Positions 1-9,034 of a stretch of DNA of 32,000 nucleotides are shown one piece after another; the first letter of the stretch is position 1; each line of letters begins with the position of its first letter. The notes under the pieces were generated by a model that saw only the letters and a program-made list of their open reading frames with translations, was not told the origin of the DNA and made no database searches. The position numbers and the translations under genes were made by a program. The stretch lies in the NCBI RefSeq assembly GCF_043950625.1, contig NZ_CP171007.1, one strand, 5' to 3'. The stretch is from Alkanindiges sp. WGS2144 (GTDB lineage Bacteria; Pseudomonadota; Gammaproteobacteria; Pseudomonadales; Moraxellaceae).

Positions 1-1
1 T

Positions 2-2035
2 ATGCTGGCTTTGCCAGTGCGTGCCACCGAAGCCGTGCTGCGTGTTATTGCACCGGTGATCAGGCCGGATGCCATTATTAGCGATGTGGGAAGCACCAAA
101 GGTAATGTGGTGGCAGCGGCCAAGGTGGTGTTTGGGGAAAATCTGCCCACAGGTTTTATTCCCGGTCATCCGATTGCAGGCAGTGAGCATACTGGCGTGC
201 ATGCAGGCCGCGCCGACTTGTTTGCCCAGCACAAAGTCATACTAACACCACTACCCAATAGCAACCCGCTGGCGACTGCCCGACTCATCCAGCTATGGCA
301 GGCTTGTGATGCCGAAGTGATTTGCATGAGCGTGCAGGAGCATGACGAGATTCTGGCGCAAACCAGCCATTTGCCACATTTACTGGCTTTTAACCTGATT
401 GAACAACTGGCTGCCAGTCGGCAAAATCTGGATATTTTTAGGTATGCGGCTGGTGGCCTGCGTGATTTTAGCCGCATAGCCGCTAGTGATCCACAAATGT
501 GGCATGATATTTTTTTGGCCAATAAACCTGCTATTTTAAAAGCCCTGACTGGCTTTGAACAGCAGCTTGCCATTTTACGGACTCTCATCGAGCAGGAAAA
601 CTCTAGCGGTTTAATCGGCCTGCTTGGGCGCGCGCAATCGGCACGCCAGCACTTTAGTCATATGCTGGCCAAGACCCCTTATATGCAAAACAGGAAATCT
701 AACGTGACAGAGCAATTTATTATTCAGGGCGGTGGGCAGCTCAACGGTACCTTTACTGTAGCAGGGGATAAATCGGTTTCGCATCGTTCCATTATGTTTG
801 GTGCGCTGGCAGAAGGGGTAACCACGGTTTCAGGTTTTCTGGAAGGTGAGGATGCCCTGGCTACCTTGCAGGCTTTTCGGGATATGGGTGTAACCATTGA
901 AGGGCCTAAACGTGGCGAAGTCACCATTCATGGCGTGGGGTTGCATGGCTTAAAAGCACCTGCCAATGCCCTGTACGTCGGCAACTCAGGCACCACCATG
1001 CGCTTAATGGCTGGTATTTTATCGGCGCAACCATTTGATAGCGTCATGACCGGCGATCCGTCACTCTCCAAACGCCCAATGGAGCGTATTGCCAAGCCCT
1101 TACGTTTAATGGGTGCCAAAATTCAAAGCACCGGCGAGCGCGGTACACCGCCTTTAAGCATTAGCGGCAAGCAGCACTTAACTGGCATTCATTATGATTT
1201 ACCGATGGCCTCTGCGCAGGTGAAATCTGGCGTGCTGCTCGCAGGACTTTGGGCGCAGGGCACCACTTCTGTCACTGAGCCAGAGCCAACCCGCGACCAT
1301 ACCGAGCGTATGTTGCGTGCCTTTGGTTACGAGGTTAAGACAGAAGGTGATACCATCAGCTTGCAAGGTGGTGGCAAGCTCACTGCTACGCATATTCAGG
1401 TGCCTGCTGATATTTCTTCGGCTGCATTTTTTATGGTAGGCGCTGCCATTAGCCAGAATTCTGACATCACATTAACGGGCGTGGGTATTAACCCCACCCG
1501 TACTGGCATTATTGAAATTTTAAAACAAATGGGCGCTGATATCAGCCTGAGCAATGAAAAAATGGCAGGTGGTGAACCGGTTGCGGATATTCATATTCGG
1601 GCAAGCCAGCTTAAGGGCATTCATATTCCTGAAGATCAGGTGCCATTGGCAATTGATGAGTTTCCGGCCATTTTTATTGCCGCAGCCTGTGCAACCGGGC
1701 AAACCGTGCTCACGGGTGCTGCGGAGCTGCGCGTCAAGGAGTCTGATCGCATTCAGGTGATGGCTGATGGCTTAAAGACACTGGGTGTTGACTGCACGCC
1801 AACCGATGACGGCATTATTATTGAGGGTAAAGGCCAGGCTGGAGAATGGGGCGCAGTATTTGGTGGAGGTGAAATTCAAAGCCATCATGACCATCGCATT
1901 GCCATGAGTTTTGCCATGGCAGGTTTAAGAGCCAGTCAGCCAATTATTATTCATGGTACCGAAACCGTAGCAACCAGTTTCCCCAATTTTACCGAACTTG
2001 CCCGGCAGGCAGGTTTAAAGCTGGAATCCCACTAA
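2..2035 (+). CDS. aroA: bifunctional prephenate (cyclohexadienyl) dehydrogenase TyrA / 3-phosphoshikimate 1-carboxyvinyltransferase AroA (EPSP synthase); 5' end cut by the window edge
   Basis: The ORF is open to the window start, so the ATG at 2 is only the first in-frame Met. The N-terminal ~230 aa match a prephenate dehydrogenase core (DVGSTKG, GHPIAGSE). The rest is EPSP synthase (GDKSVSHRSIMFGALAEG, LYVGNSGTTMRLMAG, RVKESDRI, HHDHRIAMSF). Both domains sit in one continuous frame. Confidence 0.9.
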   Translation: MLALPVRATEAVLRVIAPVIRPDAIISDVGSTKGNVVAAAKVVFGENLPTGFIPGHPIAGSEHTGVHAGRADLFAQHKVILTPLPNSNPLATARLIQLWQACDAEVICMSVQEHDEILAQTSHLPHLLAFNLIEQLAASRQNLDIFRYAAGGLRDFSRIAASDPQMWHDIFLANKPAILKALTGFEQQLAILRTLIEQENSSGLIGLLGRAQSARQHFSHMLAKTPYMQNRKSNVTEQFIIQGGGQLNGTFTVAGDKSVSHRSIMFGALAEGVTTVSGFLEGEDALATLQAFRDMGVTIEGPKRGEVTIHGVGLHGLKAPANALYVGNSGTTMRLMAGILSAQPFDSVMTGDPSLSKRPMERIAKPLRLMGAKIQSTGERGTPPLSISGKQHLTGIHYDLPMASAQVKSGVLLAGLWAQGTTSVTEPEPTRDHTERMLRAFGYEVKTEGDTISLQGGGKLTATHIQVPADISSAAFFMVGAAISQNSDITLTGVGINPTRTGIIEILKQMGADISLSNEKMAGGEPVADIHIRASQLKGIHIPEDQVPLAIDEFPAIFIAAACATGQTVLTGAAELRVKESDRIQVMADGLKTLGVDCTPTDDGIIIEGKGQAGEWGAVFGGGEIQSHHDHRIAMSFAMAGLRASQPIIIHGTETVATSFPNFTELARQAGLKLESH

Positions 2036-2217
2036 CCCTCAACATTAAAAGTTGGCCGGTTCAGGCAGCATTTGATGGGTGCATAAGCTGGCTAACTTTG
2101 AGACGTCAAAACCTGTCGCTATAAGTGGCAGGCAATCATTTACAGATCATTGTTTTATCCAGAAGCTGCTAAAATAGCCGTTTAAAATTTGTCTTTATTT
2201 TTTGAAAAGTTCTATTT

Positions 2218-3936
2218 ATGCAGCAATCTACCGCTTTAAATATTTTAAAATCTGGCAAAAATGTCTTTCTGACCGGTTCGGCAGGTGCGGGTAAAACTTA
2301 CACTTTAAATCAGTACATTGAATATTTAAAAGCCCGTAAGGTGCCTGTGGCTGTTACTGCATCAACCGGCATTGCTGCAACCCACATGAATGGCATGACC
2401 ATTCACACCTGGACTGGCATTGGCATTAAAGACCAGCTTACTGAGCACGATTTAAAAAAACTAAAAGAACGTAAATACCTGCGCGATCACATTGAAAAGG
2501 CAAAAGTATTAATTATTGATGAAATTTCCATGCTGCATGCCCGTCAATTTGATTTGATCAATCAGGTGCTTAAATATTTTAAGGATGACGATAAACCATT
2601 TGGCGGTATGCAAATTATTGTTGCGGGTGATTTTTTTCAGCTGCCACCAGTAGGAAAAGCCGGCGAGAGCAATCGGGACAAGTTTGCCTTTATGGCATCT
2701 GCCTGGCTGGAGGCCGGATTTGAAATTTGTTATTTGACTGAGCAGCATCGGCAGGACGACAACCAGCTTGACCAGATACTCAACGAGATCAGGCTGGGAC
2801 AGGTTAGCGCTGATAGTGTACAGATGCTGCAAAGTACCCAGCATCAGGCACTGGAGGCAGACATTACCCGTCTGTTTACCCATAATGCAGATGTTGATCA
2901 AATCAATGAGCAGCATCTTGTAGCGATCAAGAACAAGGCGCATGTGTTTGAGGCACAAACAGAAGGCAATGAAAAATTACTCATGACCCTGACCAGTTCA
3001 GTACGTGCCCCGGAAACCCTAGTGCTTAAAAAAGGTGCCAAGGTCATGTTCGTTAAGAATAACTTTGAAGAAGGCTATATTAACGGCACATTAGGCGAGG
3101 TCGTCGGCTTTATCAAGGATGAAGAATACGGTGAGCTGCCAGAGATCAAACTACGCGATGATACCGTGCTGGTGGTAGAGCCAAGCGAATGGTCTATTGA
3201 GAATGAACAGGGCAAGGTAATTGCCAGTTTCAAACAAATTCCCCTACGCCATGCCTGGGCCATTACCGTACATAAAAGCCAGGGCATGACACTGGAAGCG
3301 GCTGAAATTGATTTAAGCCAAACCTTTGAAAAAGGGCAGGGTTATGTGGCGCTATCACGGCTAAAGTCCCTCTCCGGCCTGCGTTTGCTGGGTTTTAACC
3401 AAAAGGCGCTTGAGCTTGACAGTCTGGCCATGAAAGCGGATCAGCGCTTTTTGGAGTTGTCCGGTGAAGCAGAGCAGGAATGGCAACATAAAGATGCCGC
3501 GATACAACATGATAATTTTATTAGGTTATGCGGCGGTACGCTTAATCCGGCAGAAATTGCCCGCCAGCAAAAAAAGCTACAGCGAAAAAGTGGGAAGGAG
3601 GTAAAAGATAGCAGCGATACTCTGGCGCAAACCCGGGTATTGTATGAGCAGGGGTTGGATATTGCCGAAATTGCGGTACAACGCTCGCTGACTCAGGCTA
3701 CTGTGATTAATCATCTGGAAAAGCTTAAGCAACAATCTAGCGAGCTGGATCTGGAGCGTATCAAGCCCGATGCAGTGCAAATCAAGGCCGTAGCAAAAGC
3801 GTATCGCAAAATCAAAAAACAGGCTTTGCCAGAGCATTTTAATGACAATGGCAGTATTCGCCTGCGTGCGCTGGTAGATGCCTTAAATGGAGAGTATTCC
3901 TATAATGATATCCGGCTGGCGCTGCTATTTGTTTAA
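2218..3936 (+). CDS. PIF1/RecD-family (SF1B) AAA ATPase helicase with a C-terminal helix-turn-helix domain
   Basis: 572 aa. It has Walker A GSAGAGKTY, a Walker B-like LIIDEISM, and the FFQLPPV and TVHKSQGMT motifs typical of PIF1/RecD helicases. The C-terminal segment GLDIAEIAVQRSLTQATVINHLEKL looks like an HTH. Confidence 0.75.
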   Translation: MQQSTALNILKSGKNVFLTGSAGAGKTYTLNQYIEYLKARKVPVAVTASTGIAATHMNGMTIHTWTGIGIKDQLTEHDLKKLKERKYLRDHIEKAKVLIIDEISMLHARQFDLINQVLKYFKDDDKPFGGMQIIVAGDFFQLPPVGKAGESNRDKFAFMASAWLEAGFEICYLTEQHRQDDNQLDQILNEIRLGQVSADSVQMLQSTQHQALEADITRLFTHNADVDQINEQHLVAIKNKAHVFEAQTEGNEKLLMTLTSSVRAPETLVLKKGAKVMFVKNNFEEGYINGTLGEVVGFIKDEEYGELPEIKLRDDTVLVVEPSEWSIENEQGKVIASFKQIPLRHAWAITVHKSQGMTLEAAEIDLSQTFEKGQGYVALSRLKSLSGLRLLGFNQKALELDSLAMKADQRFLELSGEAEQEWQHKDAAIQHDNFIRLCGGTLNPAEIARQQKKLQRKSGKEVKDSSDTLAQTRVLYEQGLDIAEIAVQRSLTQATVINHLEKLKQQSSELDLERIKPDAVQIKAVAKAYRKIKKQALPEHFNDNGSIRLRALVDALNGEYSYNDIRLALLFV

Positions 3937-4006
3937 TAGGTGGTTAGTCTGGCAAGTATCAGATGCCAGCACATAGCAGATCGCGCTAAAACCCTAAAGC
4001 AAACAT

Positions 4007-5032
4007 TTACAGATAAGGGTCTTTGCGCCAGTTGCCCGGTGTGCGGCCTGTCCAGCGCTTAAAGGCACGGGTAAAGTTACCTACATCGGAGTAGCCCAGC
4101 TCATCGGAAATTTGTTCCAGACTATAATCCGAACGTGATAGCAGGGAAATGGCATACCGGTAGCGTACTTCATCCACCACGTTAGAGTAGGAAGTGCCTT
4201 CTGCTGCCAGTTGGCGCTTGAGCGTGCGATCTGACATATGCAGTTTGTCAGCAATGGTTTCAATGGTGGGGTAGCGCTCGGTTGACTGCTTGAGCAAATC
4301 CCGCACCTTCATGGCAACCCGCTTGCGCTCGCCCAGTGCTGATAATTCAGCTTCGCACTGGTTAATGGCAATCTGGCTGGCAATGGGGTCAGCGTTAGTC
4401 AGTGGCAGGCTCAAATAGCTTTTATCAAAATAAGCCACCAGATGCGACTGGTTAAACTTGATGTTTGCCGTGATTAGTTTTTCGTATTTTTCAAAGTTTT
4501 TGGGTTCCGGGAAATCACATTCTATCTCGGCAAATAGTTCCTGTCCGGTCAGTGCCTTACCCATGGTTAAAATGCCAACAGTTAAGGCAATCAGCACCTC
4601 CTGACGCAGTGGCTCCATATTTAGCTCATCACAGATGAGCTGAATCCGTGCTTTGGGTTGCATGGTGGATACGTGCAGGGTCAAAAATGGCACACGAATA
4701 TGAATGAAGCGCGAGGCCAGCATTAAGGCTTCTGTTACATTGGACGCGCTCATAATGGCATAGCCAATAAAGCCATGAATGGAAATACGCATCTGCGTAC
4801 CCAGATGATAACCCAGACTGTCTTCGCCGGTTAATTCCATGGCATGCTTAAGCAGATCATTAGCCAGTGGCAGGGAAATACGAAAATTTGGGTCGGCCAG
4901 TTTTTCACTATTTAAATCAAAAGGGGAAAACAGGGTTTGCTCACTTACCCCAAAGCGTGAAACGACTTCCAGTAATAACAAGCCATACACACCGGGAATA
5001 CCATTGTCTGGGCGAGCATTGGTCAGGGTCAT
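4007..5032 (-). CDS. AraC-family transcriptional regulator (N-terminal effector-binding-like domain plus C-terminal HTH)
   Basis: 341 aa. The C-terminus carries the AraC-type double HTH (DRTLKRQLAAEGTSYSNVVDEVRYRYAISLL ... LGYSDVGNFTRAFKRWTGRTPGNWR). Confidence 0.85.
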   Translation of the reverse strand: MTLTNARPDNGIPGVYGLLLLEVVSRFGVSEQTLFSPFDLNSEKLADPNFRISLPLANDLLKHAMELTGEDSLGYHLGTQMRISIHGFIGYAIMSASNVTEALMLASRFIHIRVPFLTLHVSTMQPKARIQLICDELNMEPLRQEVLIALTVGILTMGKALTGQELFAEIECDFPEPKNFEKYEKLITANIKFNQSHLVAYFDKSYLSLPLTNADPIASQIAINQCEAELSALGERKRVAMKVRDLLKQSTERYPTIETIADKLHMSDRTLKRQLAAEGTSYSNVVDEVRYRYAISLLSRSDYSLEQISDELGYSDVGNFTRAFKRWTGRTPGNWRKDPYL

Positions 5033-5477
5033 GTATTATCCATTTATATTTGCAGCGTATTTAAACATGCCAGTGGCACGGCTATAGGGTCAATGGCAAA
5101 AAACATCAGAACCTTTCAAGATTGTAGGACAAAAAATTCTGAAGAACCAATTTATTATAGAGCTTAATGTATGCAATAAACACATAACTTGTCTAACTGA
5201 TCAATACATTATTTTTCTTGCCGCTATACTCTCTGGAGAATTGCCCAAGTTGTGCCAAAAAGCCTGTAATAAAGGCAAGGCGAATATCATCTTGTCGGTA
5301 AGCAAAGCAGGCAACAAGCCTTTTATGGTTGGCAGTAGGCAGGCAGCTAACAATCCAGCCTTTTGTCCGTAGTCTTTGACCACCTGATCCGGCGGTGTAG
5401 GGTCTGACTGGTAATTGTACTGGCTATATCAGGTTAACCCAGCGATGGAGCATCTATCGTAGATGCCTTTTGATACA

Positions 5478-5507
5478 ATAGCGGCTTTGGCATACCAAGG
5501 CCGCTAT
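5478..5507 (-). terminator. hairpin about 20 nt downstream of the fpr stop; candidate intrinsic terminator
   Basis: tagcggctttgg (5479-5490) pairs with ccaaggccgcta (5495-5506) around a 4-nt loop, with one G-U pair. The trailing U-tract on the minus-strand RNA is weak (UUGUAUC). Confidence 0.4.
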
Positions 5508-5527
5508 ATACATGAACAATAACTTAA

Positions 5528-6307
5528 TTACTTCTCAACAAACGCGCGCTCAATCACATAATCTCCCATTACACCCATACGTGGTGATTCCTGTAAACCA
5601 TGCGCATCAAGCAGTGCCGCCACGTCTTTTAGGAAGGCCGGGCTACCACACAGCATGGCACGGTCAGTTTCACGGTTAAAGCGTGGCAGGCCAATATCTT
5701 CAAACAGTTGCCCACTTTCTACCAGTGCTGTCACACGACCCTGGGTTTTAAACGGTTCGCGGGTCACGGTTGGGTAGTAAATTAACTTGTCTTTAATACC
5801 CAGTTCGGCAAAAAACTCATGGTTTGGCAGTTCATTTAAAATCAGATCCTGATAGGCCAGTTCGCTAATAAAACGGGTGCCATGTACCAGAATGACCTTT
5901 TCAAACTTCTCATAAGTTTCTGGATCGCGGATCAGTGCCAAAAATGGCGCAAGGCCAGTACCGCTGGACAGCAGGTACAGGTTTTTGCCGGGTAACAGGT
6001 CATCGTGTACCAGTGTACCCGTTGGTTTTTTACTGATTAAAATCTCGTCGCCCACTTGTACTTTTTGCAAAATAGAAGTCAGTGGGCCATCCTGCACTTT
6101 AATCGAAAAAAATTCGAGTTCTTCTTCATAATTGGCGCTGGCTATAGAATAGGCACGCATCAGCGGCTTGCCGTTTACTTCCAGCCCAATCATTACAAAC
6201 TGACCATTTTTAAAGCGCAGGCTTACATCACGAGTGGTTTTAAAGCTAAATAAGGTATCATTCCAGTGGTGAACGTGAGTAATTTTTTCAACATTAAAAG
6301 CGGCCAT
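5528..6307 (-). CDS. fpr: ferredoxin-NADP+ reductase
   Basis: 259 aa, collinear along its length with bacterial Fpr as I recall it (HHWNDTLFSFKTTR, RAYSIAS, LSSGTGLAPF, C-terminal YVIERAFVEK). Confidence 0.9.
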   Translation of the reverse strand: MAAFNVEKITHVHHWNDTLFSFKTTRDVSLRFKNGQFVMIGLEVNGKPLMRAYSIASANYEEELEFFSIKVQDGPLTSILQKVQVGDEILISKKPTGTLVHDDLLPGKNLYLLSSGTGLAPFLALIRDPETYEKFEKVILVHGTRFISELAYQDLILNELPNHEFFAELGIKDKLIYYPTVTREPFKTQGRVTALVESGQLFEDIGLPRFNRETDRAMLCGSPAFLKDVAALLDAHGLQESPRMGVMGDYVIERAFVEK

Positions 6308-6405
6308 GAAGCTCTCATCAATATAATAAAAAACAGCCTGCTATTCTAACTGAAAGCCATTGTGTATAAACTGAATTAATCAAATGTTATTTATAAGGAA
6401 AAGTG

Positions 6406-7134
6406 ATGAACCCGGATTTAAGTATACCAGTCATTGGTAGGGTACAGTCTCCTTTTCATGAAAAATTTGGTATTCCTCGCCAGCCCAATCTAGTGCAAGT
6501 GCCTGCAATTATTGAGTTTAATGCACCGTATGATGATGCCATGGCTTTTGAGGGGTTAGAGGCATTCAGTCATATCTGGCTAATCTGGGTATTTAATCAA
6601 AACAAGCATAGTGCCCAAAAACAGCCAAAATTTCGTACACAAATCCGCCCACCACGTTTGGGAGGTAATCAAAAAACCGGTATATTTGCCAGCCGTAGTA
6701 TGTACCGCCCAAGTCCACTGGGCTTGTCGGTAGTGCAACTGGTAAAGGTAATCAGGCAAAATGCCTCAGTAAAGTTGCTGGTTCGCGGGGCTGACTTATT
6801 AAACGGGACGCCTATTGTGGATATTAAACCCTATATTGCCTATTCGGATGCGATTCCCCATGCAGTGAGTGGTTTTGCCCAGCAGGCACCGGCACGCTTT
6901 CAGGTAGAGTGGACAGCGCAGGCTTCCCGGCAGGCAGCGCAGTTAGTAGCGCAAAATCGGTTAAACCCTGAACAACAACAGCTGATTCATGAGCTGCTGG
7001 CACTTGACCCGCGCCCTGCCTATCAGGATGATGAAAACAGGATTTATGGTATGGCTTATGATCAGGTCAATGTCAGCTTTCGTATTTTTGAGGCGAAGGT
7101 TAGTGTAGAGGCAATTACGCAATTACATCTTTAA
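6406..7134 (+). CDS. trmO: tRNA (N6-threonylcarbamoyladenosine(37)-N6)-methyltransferase TrmO (TsaA/YaeB family)
   Basis: The N-terminus IGRVQSPFHEKFGIPRQP and the internal segment GIFASRSMYRPSPLGLSVV ... IVDIKPY are characteristic of TsaA/YaeB. The track start at 6403 is a GTG. I prefer the adjacent ATG at 6406, which follows AAGGAAAAG. Confidence 0.85.
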   Translation: MNPDLSIPVIGRVQSPFHEKFGIPRQPNLVQVPAIIEFNAPYDDAMAFEGLEAFSHIWLIWVFNQNKHSAQKQPKFRTQIRPPRLGGNQKTGIFASRSMYRPSPLGLSVVQLVKVIRQNASVKLLVRGADLLNGTPIVDIKPYIAYSDAIPHAVSGFAQQAPARFQVEWTAQASRQAAQLVAQNRLNPEQQQLIHELLALDPRPAYQDDENRIYGMAYDQVNVSFRIFEAKVSVEAITQLHL

Positions 7135-7192
7135 ACTAAGCCTAGTAGTTAAAATAATACTGCTGTAAATTTCCAGCGCAAGGAGCCTTATT

Positions 7193-8959
7193 TTGAATAA
7201 CACGCATCATTTTTCTTTTCAGGTGGATGTGCGCTGGTGTCTGGATCATTTACTCAAAGAGGGAAAGATTAGCCAGCGTGATGCCAATTTGCTTGCTACC
7301 ACGCCACGGCGCAAAGATCAGTTGCAATGGCACCCGCTACAGTTTATTGCCAGTTTTGATTTAACCGATGCCACCACACAACAAAAGCTTAGCACTTCAG
7401 TACTTTCACAATGGCTGGCTGAAAAGGCGAGTGTTCCTTTTTACCGGATTGACCCGTTAAAAGTAAATGTGCCAGCGGTAACAGCGGTGATGTCGTTTGA
7501 ATATGCCGAGCGGCACCGTATTCTGGCGGTTGCAGTAGACAAAGACAGCATTACCATAGGCAGCGATCAGCCTTTTTATGATGACTGGCTGGAAAACCTG
7601 TCGCATAGCGTGCGCCCGCGTACCATTCAGCGCGTTATGCTCAATCCTGAGCAGTTAAGCCGTTATCTGGTTGAGTTCTATCAGGTGACCCGTGCGATTG
7701 CCGGAGCAAAAGGAACAGGCGGTACTGAGGCCACAGCCAAAGGGGTAGAGGCATTATTGCAACTGGGTGACGTGCAAAACCCGGATGCCAATGACCAGCA
7801 TATTGTACGTATTGTGGACTGGTTATTGCAGTATGCCTTTGATCAGCGTGCCAGTGATATTCATCTGGAACCACGCCGTCAGGGCGGTCGGGTGCGTTTT
7901 CGTATAGATGGTGTATTGCACACCGTATATGACATGCCAGCGCCAATTTTAACCGCTGTAATTTCGCGCATTAAAATTCTGGGCCGTATGAATGTGGCAG
8001 AGCGTCGTAAACCACAGGATGGACGCTTAAAAACTCGCACGCCTAAAGGCATTGAAACCGAACTTCGCTTATCGACTTTACCCACTGCATTTGGGGAAAA
8101 GATGGTCATGCGTATTTTTGACCCTGAAGTGCTGGTGCGTACCTTTGAGCAACTGGGCTTAACGGGTGATGATCTTGCCAAATGGAAGCAAATGGCGGCG
8201 CATCCGAATGGCATTATTCTGGTCACCGGGCCGACCGGTTCGGGTAAAACCACCACGCTGTATTCTACGCTTAAGCAACTGGCTACCGATGAAGTCAATG
8301 TGTGTACCATTGAAGACCCCATTGAGATGATTGAGTCCAGCTTTAACCAGATGCAAGTACAAGCCAGCATTGAGCTGGGGTTCGCCGAAGGGGTACGTGC
8401 CTTGATGCGTCAGGATCCAGATATCATTATGGTGGGCGAAATCCGCGATCAGGATACCGCTGATATGGCGATTCAGGCGGCGTTAACTGGGCATTTGGTG
8501 CTATCTACTTTACACACCAATGATGCTCCATCTAGCCTGACCCGCCTGCATGATCTGGGCGTACAGCCATTTTTAACGGCTGCTACCATACTTGGCGTTA
8601 TGGCACAGCGTCTGGTCAGAACGTTGTGTGAGCATTGCAAGGTCTCTACCACCGTTGATAGCGATGCCTGGAGTCAGCTCGTAAGCCCGTGGAAAAGTAA
8701 TCCACCGCCACAAGTTTATCAGGCAGTCGGCTGTGAGCAATGCCGTGGCACTGGCTATAGGGGGCGTATTGGCCTGTATGAAATTCTAGTGCTAAGTACG
8801 GATATGAAGCGTCTGGTCGGGGATGGCGCAACATTAAATCAGATCAAGCAGCAGGCTTACCGCGAGGGTTTGCAACCGCTTCGACTGGCTGGCGCCAAAA
8901 AAATAGCAGAGGGTGTAACCACACTGGAAGAAGTAATGCGTGTAGTGCCATTAAGTTAG
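7193..8959 (+). CDS. GspE/PulE/PilB-family secretion ATPase (type II secretion / type IV pilus assembly ATPase superfamily), orphan copy
   Basis: 588 aa with a TTG start, preceded by a strong AAGGAG 7 nt upstream. It has Walker A GPTGSGKTT, Asp box TIEDPIE, Walker B DPDIIMVGEIRD and His box TGHLVLSTLHTND. A tetracysteine CEHC...CEQCRGTGYRGR is present. The N-terminus carries a T2SSE_N-like domain (WLAEKASVPFYRIDPLKVN). Confidence 0.85.
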   Translation: MNNTHHFSFQVDVRWCLDHLLKEGKISQRDANLLATTPRRKDQLQWHPLQFIASFDLTDATTQQKLSTSVLSQWLAEKASVPFYRIDPLKVNVPAVTAVMSFEYAERHRILAVAVDKDSITIGSDQPFYDDWLENLSHSVRPRTIQRVMLNPEQLSRYLVEFYQVTRAIAGAKGTGGTEATAKGVEALLQLGDVQNPDANDQHIVRIVDWLLQYAFDQRASDIHLEPRRQGGRVRFRIDGVLHTVYDMPAPILTAVISRIKILGRMNVAERRKPQDGRLKTRTPKGIETELRLSTLPTAFGEKMVMRIFDPEVLVRTFEQLGLTGDDLAKWKQMAAHPNGIILVTGPTGSGKTTTLYSTLKQLATDEVNVCTIEDPIEMIESSFNQMQVQASIELGFAEGVRALMRQDPDIIMVGEIRDQDTADMAIQAALTGHLVLSTLHTNDAPSSLTRLHDLGVQPFLTAATILGVMAQRLVRTLCEHCKVSTTVDSDAWSQLVSPWKSNPPPQVYQAVGCEQCRGTGYRGRIGLYEILVLSTDMKRLVGDGATLNQIKQQAYREGLQPLRLAGAKKIAEGVTTLEEVMRVVPLS

Positions 8960-8975
8960 TATAAAAATTAGGCAT

Positions 8976-9004
8976 AAAAATAGGGCAAAGACGCCCTATT
9001 TTTT
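8976..9004. terminator. bidirectional intrinsic terminator between the convergent GspE-like gene and the lipoprotein gene
   Basis: aaaaatagggc (8976-8986) is the exact reverse complement of gccctattttt (8993-9003), with the 6-nt loop aaagac. An A-run lies on one side and a T-run on the other. Confidence 0.8.
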
Positions 9005-9034
9005 GTTGCTGACTACTCTTATATAGGTGATTGC

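Noticed and set aside
7229-7300. MshEN-type c-di-GMP binding motif at the N-terminus of the GspE-like ATPase
   Set aside because: Only the hydrophobic pattern and a Gly are shared. The RLG core is absent and the Gly is shifted by one position. I mention it as a question under the ATPase finding and do not call it.
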